Origin: Candidatus Nomurabacteria bacterium
GTDB lineage: Bacteria; Patescibacteriota; Patescibacteriia; HK-STAS-PATE-3
NCBI GenBank assembly: GCA_023898465.1
Contig: CP060223.1
Coordinates: forward strand, 320,001-384,000
Length of the DNA stretch: 64,000 nt
Reading direction: 5' to 3'
Positions 54,982-64,000 of this stretch are shown in pieces. Numbering within the stretch: the first letter of the stretch is position 1; each line of letters opens with the position of its first letter. The notes below the pieces were generated by a model. The model was given only the letters and a program-made list of their open reading frames with translations. It did not search any database and was not told the origin of the DNA. The translations under genes and the position numbers were made by a program.

Positions 54982-56022
54982 CTATTTTAGGTATACACGC
55001 TCTCCAAATCTCACATCAATATATCGTAAGCTTTCTGGATGTACGCTCGGGTCTTGCAAAGTTCGCTGTAGTTTATTGATCTGCGCTTCAATATCATCTT
55101 TGAGGACATATACTTGCCAGCCAGCTTCGGTGACGATATGAAATTCAGGTGTAAAATATAGCAGCTGTTGTATATCACATGTAGACTCAGGCAGATCCTC
55201 GCTTTCATTTGTATTCGCAGCTAGATTTGTATTCGTTGTTTTATTTGTGTTACTTATGACATCTGAGTCATCCTCTACAGGTATATTTGCCTCAGAAGGA
55301 GTATTCACGCAATCAAGTTGAGGTATAAGTACTTTTTGCATAGAAAAGTCACTCGGAAAGCTATCAGTAAATTTTTGTATCCCGTGTAAGATGTTTGCAT
55401 CTATTTTTTGACTCCCCACATCAACACTCAACTCATTCTCATCTTCAATACGCAATAAGTTAAGCTCCTCATCATTATTTTGTATTTCTGAAATGATAAA
55501 GCCATTTTCATCCATGAAATATTTTTTTTCGCGTGACTGCCAAATATATTTTGCTGATTTTGCTTGGATGCTGATAGTGAGTGTATTTGGGAAGTCTTTT
55601 TGGATGGAGATATTTTCTACTCCTAAGATGTTGGCTATCGCCTGTTCAAGATGGTCGCCAAACCATAAGGGTCGTAAAATAAAATAGTTTTGGTTGGGTA
55701 TGACAAGTAGTGTTCGTTTACTTAACAACACATCTACTTGCGTGGCAATTTGCTGCTCCAATTGAGTAGTGCTATCGATGAGCTCGATGTGTATTGATGA
55801 GATGCGGAACATTGGCGAGTTCATAATAACGTACCAGAGCAACCCAAATACAAGCACTTGGAGAATAAGAAGTGTGCGGTTCCGCCAACGAGATTGGAGA
55901 CGGGTTTGTTCGCTTGGAAAAAGTGGATTACTACGATGCGAATAATGCACCTCGCTCGTAGCAGGCTTCGGGAGTGTTCGTCGTTTCCGACGTGAAAATA
56001 TACGAGAAAGGAATCGCCGCAT
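54982..56022 (-). CDS. FtsQ/DivIB-like cell division protein (POTRA-domain type), tentative
   Basis: 346 aa with a basic N-terminus, a single TM helix (…LLILQVLVFGLLWYVIM…) and then a periplasmic domain with a POTRA-like start (…FRISSIHIE…). Confidence 0.45.
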   Translation of the reverse strand: MRRFLSRIFSRRKRRTLPKPATSEVHYSHRSNPLFPSEQTRLQSRWRNRTLLILQVLVFGLLWYVIMNSPMFRISSIHIELIDSTTQLEQQIATQVDVLLSKRTLLVIPNQNYFILRPLWFGDHLEQAIANILGVENISIQKDFPNTLTISIQAKSAKYIWQSREKKYFMDENGFIISEIQNNDEELNLLRIEDENELSVDVGSQKIDANILHGIQKFTDSFPSDFSMQKVLIPQLDCVNTPSEANIPVEDDSDVISNTNKTTNTNLAANTNESEDLPESTCDIQQLLYFTPEFHIVTEAGWQVYVLKDDIEAQINKLQRTLQDPSVHPESLRYIDVRFGERVYLK

Positions 56023-56032
56023 AACTTCCCTA

Positions 56033-57154
56033 TTATTTCACAATGTGTCGCGGGAGCAAAGGATGGATGTGGGTAATTACTTCATAGTTAATAGTGCCCA
56101 TATCTTTGGCAATATCCTGTGCGCTTAGTTCCTCTCTCCCCTGCCGGCCGATAATAACCACTTCGTCTCCAGCTTTTGCTTGAGGAATTAGTTCACAATT
56201 TACCACACTGAGATTCATGGATAGGCGGCCTAAAAACTTTGCTACTTTCCCTCGCAGCAGTACCTGACCATTATTAGAGAGTGATCGTTGCAGGCCCTCA
56301 AAATACCCGATAGGAAGTACAGCCACTCGCATTTTTTTCTTCACTCGATAGGTGCGATCATATCCGATTGTCGTGCTAGGCGGCAGTGTTTTAATTGCGA
56401 GCACTCGAGTTTTCCAACTTAGCACTGGACGAAGTTTGAGGTCTTGTATTTTTTTTAGCTCCGGGGCTGGCCACAAACCATACATGCCTAAACCTACTCG
56501 CAGCATGTCATAGCGCATCTTAGGATACTTCAGTACCGCGGCGGTGCAGCTAATATGACGAATAGCTTTTTTATCAAGTACTACCTGTAACTCTTCAACA
56601 CATTCCTGGAAACGCTTGTTTTGCTGAAGTGTAAAAGACTTGTTATTACTTTCTGATTGCGCAAAATGAGAAAACACGCCATTCATTTTTAGCGCTGGTT
56701 TTGCTAGCAGTAGTTTTTTTAGTTTTGCGAGCTCGTTTGGCAGGAAGCCGATCCGGCTCGTGCCAACATCAAGCTTAAGATGAAGAGAGAGGCGTTTTTG
56801 TAAGCTTGTAGGTAGGGCGCGTATCTCTTGGAGTTGGGCAAACGAGTGCAATACAAGGGAGATATTATTTTGCACCGCAGCACTCGCGCTCTGAGTATCC
56901 CAGTAGCTTAAAACAACAATTGGTTTGCGTATGCCCAGAGCTCGTAACTCTAGCGCTTCGTCAAGATTCGCCGTACCAAATACGTCCACGTTGTTTTGAA
57001 GTATCTTTACTACCTCAGGTGTTCCTAGTCCGTAGGCGTTTGATTTTACCACTGCCATAAGCTTCGCATTTCCGCTGATACGTCGAAAAGCCTTGGCATT
57101 ATGTACAAGCGCCGATTTACTCAGCTCAATCCAAGTAAATTCTGTTTTAGGCAC
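56033..57154 (-). CDS. alr: Alanine racemase
   Basis: PLP-lysine motif (AVVKSNAYGLG) near the N-terminus and a typical two-domain length of 373 aa. Confidence 0.88.
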   Translation of the reverse strand: MPKTEFTWIELSKSALVHNAKAFRRISGNAKLMAVVKSNAYGLGTPEVVKILQNNVDVFGTANLDEALELRALGIRKPIVVLSYWDTQSASAAVQNNISLVLHSFAQLQEIRALPTSLQKRLSLHLKLDVGTSRIGFLPNELAKLKKLLLAKPALKMNGVFSHFAQSESNNKSFTLQQNKRFQECVEELQVVLDKKAIRHISCTAAVLKYPKMRYDMLRVGLGMYGLWPAPELKKIQDLKLRPVLSWKTRVLAIKTLPPSTTIGYDRTYRVKKKMRVAVLPIGYFEGLQRSLSNNGQVLLRGKVAKFLGRLSMNLSVVNCELIPQAKAGDEVVIIGRQGREELSAQDIAKDMGTINYEVITHIHPLLPRHIVK

Positions 57155-58442
57155 GGGGGCGAAGTTCTTTTAGGCCAACAATTTTCTGCAGAGCCTTAGG
57201 TATCTTTACGCTGCCGTCTTTCTGCTGATGATTTTCCAGGAGTGCAATCAGGATGCGCGGTGAAGCGATGACAGTATTGTTTAGTGTGTACACAAATTGT
57301 CGCTCGCTCCCCTCTCCTTCGCCTTTCGTTTTGATGTTTAATCGGCGGGCTTGCCAGTCGCTGAGGTTTGAGCTGGAGTGCGTTTCTCCATACCCTTGTC
57401 GGCCCGGCATCCATGTTTCAATATCAACCATGCGGCGTTTACCAGCCCCCATATCCCCCGTCGAAGTTTCAATGAGTTGATATGGTAAGTCGAGATGCTC
57501 TAACATTTTTTGAGAAATATCCAGCATGGTAGTAAACCATTTTTCTGCTTCAGCAGCCTCAGGTTTACATAGCACGACTTGCTCAACTTTTACGAATTCT
57601 CTCACACGATAAAGTCCCTTTGTGTCTTTACCATAGCTGCCAATTTCTTCGCGATAACATTGACTAATACCGCAGAGGAGTTTTGGCAATTGCACTTCTG
57701 GAATAGTTTCATTTGCGTAGTACGAAAGTAGTGCAGGCTCAGAAGTGCCGGCTAAATATAGCGCCTCGCGATCATCCGCTGGAGTTTCACTGCCTGGACT
57801 TTGTAGTGAAAAGATTTCATTTTTCCCAAAAGGAAAATGACCACTTCCGTAAAGCGCAAAACCCTTAATAGCAGTTGGAGGTGTCATTAAGGTAAAGCCA
57901 GCTTTTTGCATTTCCTGCAAGCCCAGTAAAAGAATTGCCTGTTGTAAAAGCACAGCTTCGTTTTTTAAATAGTATCCACGGAAGCCGGCTACTTGAGCGC
58001 CTTTCTCTAGATCGAGAATATCCAGAGCAAGGCCGAGGCTAATATGATCCTTTGCTTCAAAGGAAAATGTCTTTGGTGTGCCGACTTGCTTGATCACCTT
58101 ATTGCTACTTGCGTCGGGGCCAATCGGAGCTCCTTCCCAAGGTATGTTTGGCATGCGCCAAAGCATTTCATCACGCTCGAGAGTTAACTCTTTTAATTTT
58201 GCTTCCAAGTCCTGCAGCCTTTGCTTAAGCTCCTTTGCCTGAGTGATCTGGGCAGGATCAGATTGTTTGCCTTGCTTAGCCAGTGCATTTCTCTCTGCTC
58301 GTACAGTTTCTGTTTCGCTGAGCAGTGCGCGATACTCTTTGTCGACTTGAAGAAAGCGATCAAAGTCAATTGATACCCCCTTGTTTTTTATGGCCTCGCG
58401 TACAATGTCCTGATTAGCCAAAATGAAAGAAGTATCAAGCAT
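57147..58442 (-). CDS. serS: Seryl-tRNA synthetase
   Basis: N-terminal coiled-coil arm plus a class II catalytic core with motifs 1-3. 431 aa. Confidence 0.93.
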   Translation of the reverse strand: MLDTSFILANQDIVREAIKNKGVSIDFDRFLQVDKEYRALLSETETVRAERNALAKQGKQSDPAQITQAKELKQRLQDLEAKLKELTLERDEMLWRMPNIPWEGAPIGPDASSNKVIKQVGTPKTFSFEAKDHISLGLALDILDLEKGAQVAGFRGYYLKNEAVLLQQAILLLGLQEMQKAGFTLMTPPTAIKGFALYGSGHFPFGKNEIFSLQSPGSETPADDREALYLAGTSEPALLSYYANETIPEVQLPKLLCGISQCYREEIGSYGKDTKGLYRVREFVKVEQVVLCKPEAAEAEKWFTTMLDISQKMLEHLDLPYQLIETSTGDMGAGKRRMVDIETWMPGRQGYGETHSSSNLSDWQARRLNIKTKGEGEGSERQFVYTLNNTVIASPRILIALLENHQQKDGSVKIPKALQKIVGLKELRPRA

Positions 58443-59919
58443 GATCGTTGCTCCGTAAGCTTGGAAAAAGTATACATTCTCGCAGACTGTTTGCGTTGGT
58501 AAGTATGGCAGTTAATCGATCAATACCAATGCCGATACCAGCGGCTGGTGGCATGCCATACATAAGCGCCTGCACATATTCCTCATCATGTGGTTGTGCC
58601 TCATCATCCCCTGCTTCACGCATGCGCTGTTGCTCAAGGAATCGGTCGCGCTGATCAATTGGATCATTTAACTCGCTGAATCCATTTGCTAACTCAGTTG
58701 AGGCAACTACCAATTGGAAACGTTCAACATAGCGCTTATCATCCGGCTTTGCTTTTGCGAGCGGAGAAAGCTCAATTGGATGATCAATGATAAAGATGGG
58801 ATTGATGCATTCAGGACGAACGAATTTCTTAAAAATGCTATCAATTATTTTTCCTCGTCCATCTGACGCTGCTACCTCGACGCCGCGGCGTTCAGCTTCA
58901 TGGGCTAAGGCATCCCGCTCTGGGAAGCGCTCAATATCCAGCTTAGCGTATTTGCGCACTGCATCACGGAAAGTCATTTGAGGGATTTCTTTTGGCCAAG
59001 TAATATGCTTATCGCCAAAAGCAAGCGTGTCACCCAGTTCAGTTGCTTTCAAAATGTTTGTGAAGAGCTCCTGGGTCATCTTCATTAAGGCTTGGTAATC
59101 CGCGTAGGCTATATAAAATTCCACCTGAGTAAATTCAGGGCTGTGGTCACGATCAATTCCCTCATTACGGAAGCAGCGACCGATTTCGTATACTCGCTCA
59201 TAGCCACCGACCAGCAGACGTTTTAAATAAAGCTCAGGCGCAATGCGTAAGAACAGATCCTGATTAAGTGTATCGTGATGAGTAATAAAAGGCTTAGCGC
59301 TGGCTCCTCCAGCCTGTCCTTGGAGAATTGGTGTTTCTACCTCTAGGAATTGTTGACCATCCAAAAAGCTTCGAATCGCGCTTATAATTTTTGCCCGCGT
59401 GCGAAATCTATTTTGAACCTCGGGGTTAGTTAAGAGATCAAGCTCTCGATGCCGAAGTCTTGTTTCAGCTTCACTTAAACCTTTGCGCTTATCAGGCAGT
59501 GGGTAAAGACTCTTACTCAGTATCTGATATTCCTCAACCTGAATAGTTTTTTCTCCTCGTCGCGTAGTACCCAGAGTGCCAGTCAGGCTGACAAAATCAC
59601 CCAGGTCTACCAGGCTGGTCCACTTTTCAAAAGCGTCATCCCCCACCTTATCTTTTGCGAGCGAGAGTTGTATTTTTCCACTCTCATCTTCAATATCACC
59701 AAAGCAGAGCGTGCCATGCAGTCTAATAGCTCGCAGTCGTCCATAAAGTGTTACTTTTGTTTCCGCGGTAACAAGTGCATCAAAATCAGAAAGTAGCTCT
59801 CCTACTCTATGCGTTCTGGAATTTTGTGCTCGAGCTGGATACGCGAAAAGCCCTTGGCTCTCCAGAGTGGCCCGTTTTTCCTTCCTGAAACGATGCTGGT
59901 CAAGTTCTTGTGTTGGCAT
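58435..59919 (-). CDS. lysS: Lysyl-tRNA synthetase (class II). The ATG at 59919 (MPTQELDQ…) is chosen; the track start at 59943 is also possible.
   Basis: N-terminal OB anticodon-binding domain and class II motifs (…FRNEG… motif 2, …GIGIDRL… motif 3). Confidence 0.92.
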   Translation of the reverse strand: MPTQELDQHRFRKEKRATLESQGLFAYPARAQNSRTHRVGELLSDFDALVTAETKVTLYGRLRAIRLHGTLCFGDIEDESGKIQLSLAKDKVGDDAFEKWTSLVDLGDFVSLTGTLGTTRRGEKTIQVEEYQILSKSLYPLPDKRKGLSEAETRLRHRELDLLTNPEVQNRFRTRAKIISAIRSFLDGQQFLEVETPILQGQAGGASAKPFITHHDTLNQDLFLRIAPELYLKRLLVGGYERVYEIGRCFRNEGIDRDHSPEFTQVEFYIAYADYQALMKMTQELFTNILKATELGDTLAFGDKHITWPKEIPQMTFRDAVRKYAKLDIERFPERDALAHEAERRGVEVAASDGRGKIIDSIFKKFVRPECINPIFIIDHPIELSPLAKAKPDDKRYVERFQLVVASTELANGFSELNDPIDQRDRFLEQQRMREAGDDEAQPHDEEYVQALMYGMPPAAGIGIGIDRLTAILTNANSLRECILFPSLRSNDHA

Positions 59920-59977
59920 ACCAAATCGCCTGGAGTGTATCACGCCAGGCAGTGCTTCGGCAATGGTGAGCGTGATA

Positions 59978-60442
59978 TTATTCGATTTCCAGAATAGTAA
60001 CCTCGGTAGTGCCCTTTGGTACTACAATAGTTACCTTATCCTTAGTCTTGCGGCCTAGGAAAGCCTGACCAAGAGGAGATTCATGGGAAATTTTACCCTC
60101 AACTGGATCAGCCTCATTTGAGCCCACAATCGTGTAGATGTGCTTGTTGCCATCTGAATGCTGCACAGTGATAGTTGAGCCAATTGAAACGATGTCCCCG
60201 CCTTTGGTTTGAGCGATGACCTTTGCTTGTTTGAGAATCATTTCAAGTTCATTGATGCGACCCTCAATAAAAGCCTGTTCGTTTTTAGCCTCGGTATATT
60301 CTGCGTTCTCTGATAAATCACCAAGCTCTTTTGCTTCTTGGATGCGATTTGCCACCTCTTTGCGGCGAACATTTTTCAGCTGCTCAAGTTCATCCTGGAT
60401 TTTTTTTAATCCTGTAGGAGTGAGGAATTTTTCTTGTGTCAT
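59978..60442 (-). CDS. greA: Transcription elongation factor GreA
   Basis: 154 aa with an N-terminal coiled-coil carrying acidic tip residues and a C-terminal FKBP-like domain. Confidence 0.9.
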   Translation of the reverse strand: MTQEKFLTPTGLKKIQDELEQLKNVRRKEVANRIQEAKELGDLSENAEYTEAKNEQAFIEGRINELEMILKQAKVIAQTKGGDIVSIGSTITVQHSDGNKHIYTIVGSNEADPVEGKISHESPLGQAFLGRKTKDKVTIVVPKGTTEVTILEIE

Positions 60443-60564
60443 ATACTATCTTACGGGAAAAAGTCGAAACAGAAGTTCGGATTGCGGCGATGCCAAAGGC
60501 ATGAAGCCATCCGTTTTAATTGACTGCGGATATACTACTTGAACACTCCTGCTATGTCAATAGT

Positions 60565-62502
60565 CTACTGCGAAGCCTCAATATTAGCGAAATATTCCTC
60601 ATATCCAGCTTGGGCAACCGGCAGAGCGGCTGCATGACCTTCGCCGCCCTTTTCCACCATTACCGTGATGACGATCTCAGGATTTTCATATGGGGCAAAT
60701 GAGGTAAACCAAGCGTGTGTTGCATTGGTAGTTGAGGAGAACTGAGCAGTACCGGTCTTAGCAGCAATTGCAACCGGCATACTATTGAGACGTACTGCGC
60801 TACCACTAGTAACGACAAGACGCATTCCCTCTCTGACAGCTTTTAGAGATGAGGCGCTTACTACATTTTGCCGCAGCACCTCAGGGTTAATGTGAGAGAG
60901 AAGATTACCTTCCGCGTCCAGCCAATCCATGGCAATCTGGGGTCGATAAAGCGTGCCGCCATTTGCAATTGCCGCAGTCGCGTTTGCAATTTGCAGTGGC
61001 GTGACAAGCACATCACCCTGACCAATGGCATAGTGATAGGTGTCGCCAATATACCATGGTTCATCCTTCACCTCTTCTTTCCATTCCGGGGTTGGTAAAA
61101 ATCCATCAGCTTCATTTGGCAGATCAATCCCAAGTCTTTGGTCGAAACCAAAGCGTTTGGTGTACTCATTGAGTCGGTCGATTCCTAAGCCGTCAATATC
61201 GCCATCACCACCACCAATGGTGTAAAAATAGGTATTCACTGAGTCGGCAATCGCCTTTGCTAAGTTTGTTGGACCGTGACCACCAGCTTTCCAGTCTGGG
61301 AAATACCATTTATCAATACGAATGCCACCAGAGCTTTGAATAATCGTTTGCGGTGTAACTATTCCCTCCTCTAAGGCTGCTGCTGCAATAACTGGCTTAA
61401 TAGTTGAGCCAGATGGGTACTCGCCCGAGATTGCGCGATTAAGTAGAGGTGTTTTAGGGTCGTTAATAAGTTGGCTATAGGCGTCAACGCTTATCCCCTG
61501 ACTAAAGGCATTAGCGTCAAAGCCAGGCGAGCTCACCATTGCGAGTACGTTTCCCGTGCGCGGATCCAAAGCTACTGCCGCACCGCCACTGGCGTTATTT
61601 TTATCGACACTTTCATTTAGGGCGTCTTGCAGTCGATTTTGCAAACCAATATCAATTGATGTACGAAGTGTTTTTCCGGGACTTGGGTCTTGGCTGGCTA
61701 TTAAACGCTTCTCGCGATTGAGATGATCCCGTTCAACTTGTCGATAGCCATGACGACCACGCAGTTCATCCTCGTAGTATTTTTCTAGACCGGTTTTCCC
61801 TGTGTAGTCGAGTCGACTATAGCTGGGATCCTCCTCCAGTTCCTGATCGCTAATTTTACCTACATAGCCGAGTATGTGCGAGGTGGAATTCGCATGATCG
61901 TATTCTCTGGCTGCTATAGTTTCAACCTCAATACCTGGATAAAGATAGTCTTCAGTGATAAGTTGAGCAGCTTGGGTATATGGCACACGTTCAGCAATTT
62001 CAATCGGCAGTCTGCTATAGAGCGTTTCATCGGTTAATTTCGAGCTAATATCCTCAAAAGGTATTTCCAGCATCTTCCCAATATGTGCAAGGAGCGCATT
62101 GCGCTCATCTTCTTTTTCAGGCAGATCAATTGGAATCATCACCACACTAAAGCTCGGCACGTTTTTTACAAGCTGTTCGCCATTACGATCCAAAATAAGT
62201 CCTCGCATAGCTGGTATACGCTCAGTGCGGATGCGATTGTTTTCCGCCTGATCAAGACGCTCGGCACCTTGAACTACCTGGAGACTAAAAGTGCGGATGG
62301 TCAGCAGAGAAATAAGCACCCCGACAAAAAGGAAAAGTATACGAAAATATCTTTGGGTCACCGAGTTCGGCACTCCAGATTCCTGACCACCTTGAATTAC
62401 CTCATCCACTGAAAAAGCGTTTGGTGAGGAACGGTTTACTCGACCGTATACGCGGGACGGTCCGACTGAGTCAATGAAAGGGTTGCTACGTAGTGAAGGC
62501 AT
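60565..62502 (-). CDS. Penicillin-binding protein 2 / class B transpeptidase (MrdA/FtsI family)
   Basis: N-terminal TM helix and a dimerisation domain. Transpeptidase motifs STIKP (SxxK), SxN and KTGTA are present. It lies downstream of mreBCD. Confidence 0.88.
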   Translation of the reverse strand: MPSLRSNPFIDSVGPSRVYGRVNRSSPNAFSVDEVIQGGQESGVPNSVTQRYFRILFLFVGVLISLLTIRTFSLQVVQGAERLDQAENNRIRTERIPAMRGLILDRNGEQLVKNVPSFSVVMIPIDLPEKEDERNALLAHIGKMLEIPFEDISSKLTDETLYSRLPIEIAERVPYTQAAQLITEDYLYPGIEVETIAAREYDHANSTSHILGYVGKISDQELEEDPSYSRLDYTGKTGLEKYYEDELRGRHGYRQVERDHLNREKRLIASQDPSPGKTLRTSIDIGLQNRLQDALNESVDKNNASGGAAVALDPRTGNVLAMVSSPGFDANAFSQGISVDAYSQLINDPKTPLLNRAISGEYPSGSTIKPVIAAAALEEGIVTPQTIIQSSGGIRIDKWYFPDWKAGGHGPTNLAKAIADSVNTYFYTIGGGDGDIDGLGIDRLNEYTKRFGFDQRLGIDLPNEADGFLPTPEWKEEVKDEPWYIGDTYHYAIGQGDVLVTPLQIANATAAIANGGTLYRPQIAMDWLDAEGNLLSHINPEVLRQNVVSASSLKAVREGMRLVVTSGSAVRLNSMPVAIAAKTGTAQFSSTTNATHAWFTSFAPYENPEIVITVMVEKGGEGHAAALPVAQAGYEEYFANIEASQ

Positions 62503-63031
62503 GTGTACCAGTTAAGGGGTTACGTGCTTGCATACGATCTGGCCAAAGCATTTGGATAAAGCGATAACTGACCAGGGCGAAAAATACATTTTCCGCGATA
62601 CCAAGCAGCAAATATGACCACGCGGAAGGTGCAAAAACATCAGTTACATTGCTTTGGGTTAATAAACTGTAGCTGAAAAAGACCCCATAGGTCAAAAGTA
62701 TATAAGCAATACTACCAATAAGCGTGCAAGTCAGCACCAGTAGCCAGATTCGGTGAGTTCGCCAGGAGTTGGTGAGCAAAAAGCTCATAGTGCAACTAGC
62801 TGGAATAATAATGATATATTGAGCAGGAAAGGCGCTATAAAAATAGACGCTGAGCATCCAGCCGGTGATTAGGGCAACCGAGAGCGAGTGTCGAACTGAT
62901 ACGGTGAGTAATACTAAAGGAAAAACAAGCCAGAGTTGCAGTGGGTGTAGCCAGCTGGGTAGATAAGGTTGTGCGCTTAAGGAAAAAACGACCAACCCAA
63001 GCGCAATTATGACTATGAGACTATTCTTCAT
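62486..63031 (-). CDS. mreD: Rod shape-determining protein MreD (tentative)
   Basis: 181-aa polytopic membrane protein positioned between mreC and PBP2 with overlapping stops and starts. Confidence 0.5.
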   Translation of the reverse strand: MKNSLIVIIALGLVVFSLSAQPYLPSWLHPLQLWLVFPLVLLTVSVRHSLSVALITGWMLSVYFYSAFPAQYIIIIPASCTMSFLLTNSWRTHRIWLLVLTCTLIGSIAYILLTYGVFFSYSLLTQSNVTDVFAPSAWSYLLLGIAENVFFALVSYRFIQMLWPDRMQARNPLTGTHAFTT

Positions 63032-63845
63032 CTGTGCTTGGTCCTTGGACTACTGATACTAATTGTAGCCGATCAAGTGAAACTGGGTAGCGTATGCTGG
63101 CACTTTGAAATAGATTCGTGGCAGTTGAGCTGACATCGCCAACCGTACCAATCAGTAATCCACGAGGGACTCCGGCTTCTAGTCCAGCGGTTACGATGCT
63201 TTGTCCAAACTCGATTGGTTCATCTTGCGGCACAGTGGTAAGCCGAAGTGCGAGTCCCCTTTCACCGATTACAATTCCAGGAGAGTTAAACTCATTCTGT
63301 ACTTCTACTGATATTTTACTGCGTCGGTCAGTCACCAAGAGGACTTGAGCAGTGTTACTTGTTGTAGAAGAAACACGACCGATCACAATGCCGTCCTCCA
63401 CTACAACAACTTGACCAACAAATACACCGGAAGATTGCCCACGGTTAATAATAATAATTTGTGCACTAGGGTCTAAACTGCGACCAATAACGCGCGTGAC
63501 CTGGAAACGTAGGTTTTTAGTGCTTAGTAACTGTGATTGTTCATTTGCGCTGGCTTGGTCACGGAGCAAAGAACGCAGCTCTGCATTTTCTACCAACAAG
63601 GAATTCCGCTCTTCTTCGAGCTGGGCCACCTGGAACTGGAGGTCCCCTGTTACGCCTTTTGGTTGGAACCAGGATTGAATACCAGCCGCCATAGAGGCGC
63701 TTGCTTCTTGAATCGGATTAATAATAGCCGAGGTTAAAGATCGAAAAGGTTTACCAAAACCAAAAGCATCAAGCACTACCAAAAGAAGAATAGCTACCAG
63801 AAAAAGTAGCGTAAAACTTCTGGCTGAGAGACGACGCTGTGACAT
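63021..63845 (-). CDS. mreC: Rod shape-determining protein MreC
   Basis: N-terminal TM helix and a coiled-coil (…QVAQLEEERNSLLVENAELRSLL…) followed by a beta-rich domain. 274 aa. Confidence 0.8.
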   Translation of the reverse strand: MSQRRLSARSFTLLFLVAILLLVVLDAFGFGKPFRSLTSAIINPIQEASASMAAGIQSWFQPKGVTGDLQFQVAQLEEERNSLLVENAELRSLLRDQASANEQSQLLSTKNLRFQVTRVIGRSLDPSAQIIIINRGQSSGVFVGQVVVVEDGIVIGRVSSTTSNTAQVLLVTDRRSKISVEVQNEFNSPGIVIGERGLALRLTTVPQDEPIEFGQSIVTAGLEAGVPRGLLIGTVGDVSSTATNLFQSASIRYPVSLDRLQLVSVVQGPSTDEE

Positions 63846-63849
63846 ACTA

Positions 63850-64000
63850 CTTAATTAAGACGTTTTCGTCTTGGGTTGAGAGCACGAGTACTTTACGTAG
63901 CGCATCAAGATCTTCCAAAACTATACCGGTCCCACGTACTACCGTAGTAAGTGGGTCATCGGCAATATGAACTGGAATGCGTGCCTCTCGTTGAATTGAT
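63850..64000 (-). CDS. mreB: Rod shape-determining protein MreB, C-terminal fragment (gene continues beyond the window end)
   Basis: Minus-strand translation of the last 150 nt gives …SIQREARIPVHIADDPLTTVVRGTGIVLEDLDALRKVLVLSTQDENVLIK*. This matches the conserved MreB C-terminus (…PVHIAEDPLTCVARGTG…). Confidence 0.75.

Noticed and set aside
1-64000. CRISPR arrays, transposases, integrases, toxin-antitoxin pairs, restriction-modification genes
   Set aside because: I scanned for short regularly spaced direct repeats and for characteristic protein motifs (DDE, tyrosine/serine recombinase, methyltransferase motifs) and found none. The only notable repeat is the 55-nt inverted pair reported above.

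Overview
This 64-kb window looks like a gene-dense chromosomal segment from a small, moderately AT-rich bacterial genome. Tight gene packing, many overlapping start/stop codons and a PduL-AckA fermentative acetate module suggest a Patescibacteria/CPR-like lineage (possibly Saccharibacteria-like); that lineage call is my inference.

Most of the window is core housekeeping:
- single-stranded DNA-binding protein (ssb)
- lower glycolysis (pgk, eno, two tandem gpmI paralogs)
- acetate module and 2-oxoacid:ferredoxin oxidoreductase (pduL, ackA, korAB)
- DNA metabolism (recJ, RNase HI)
- a surface-polysaccharide operon sitting directly behind the RNase P RNA gene (sugar transferase, two GT4, Wzz-like, DUF4012-like, murJ)
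- cell division and envelope genes (ftsEX, a DPBB-carboxypeptidase fusion, ftsB-like, ftsQ-like, mreBCD, PBP2)
- translation and other (lepA, prsA-like PPIase, corA, fba, a PfkB kinase, fmt, def, priA, gltX, serS, lysS, alr, greA), plus three tRNAs (Thr-CGT, Gly-CCC, Gln-TTG)

The most unusual structure is a ~2.5-kb cassette at 52.33-54.83 kb. It is bounded by two 54/55-nt near-identical inverted repeats, each built from two hairpins. The cassette sits between the convergent ends of gltX and the ftsQ-like gene. It carries a long coiled-coil M23 peptidase and a strongly GC-rich, cysteine-rich secreted protein that looks compositionally foreign.

Other second-look items:
- a second GC-rich secreted-protein gene right next to rnpB
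- a promoter-plus-terminator-defined candidate small RNA on the minus strand at 14.3-14.55 kb
- a synonymous-only diverged lepA N-terminal fragment just upstream of lepA
- a priA whose Walker A motif appears degenerate
- tandem divergent phosphoglycerate mutase (iPGM) paralogs

No CRISPR array, transposase or integrase is visible.
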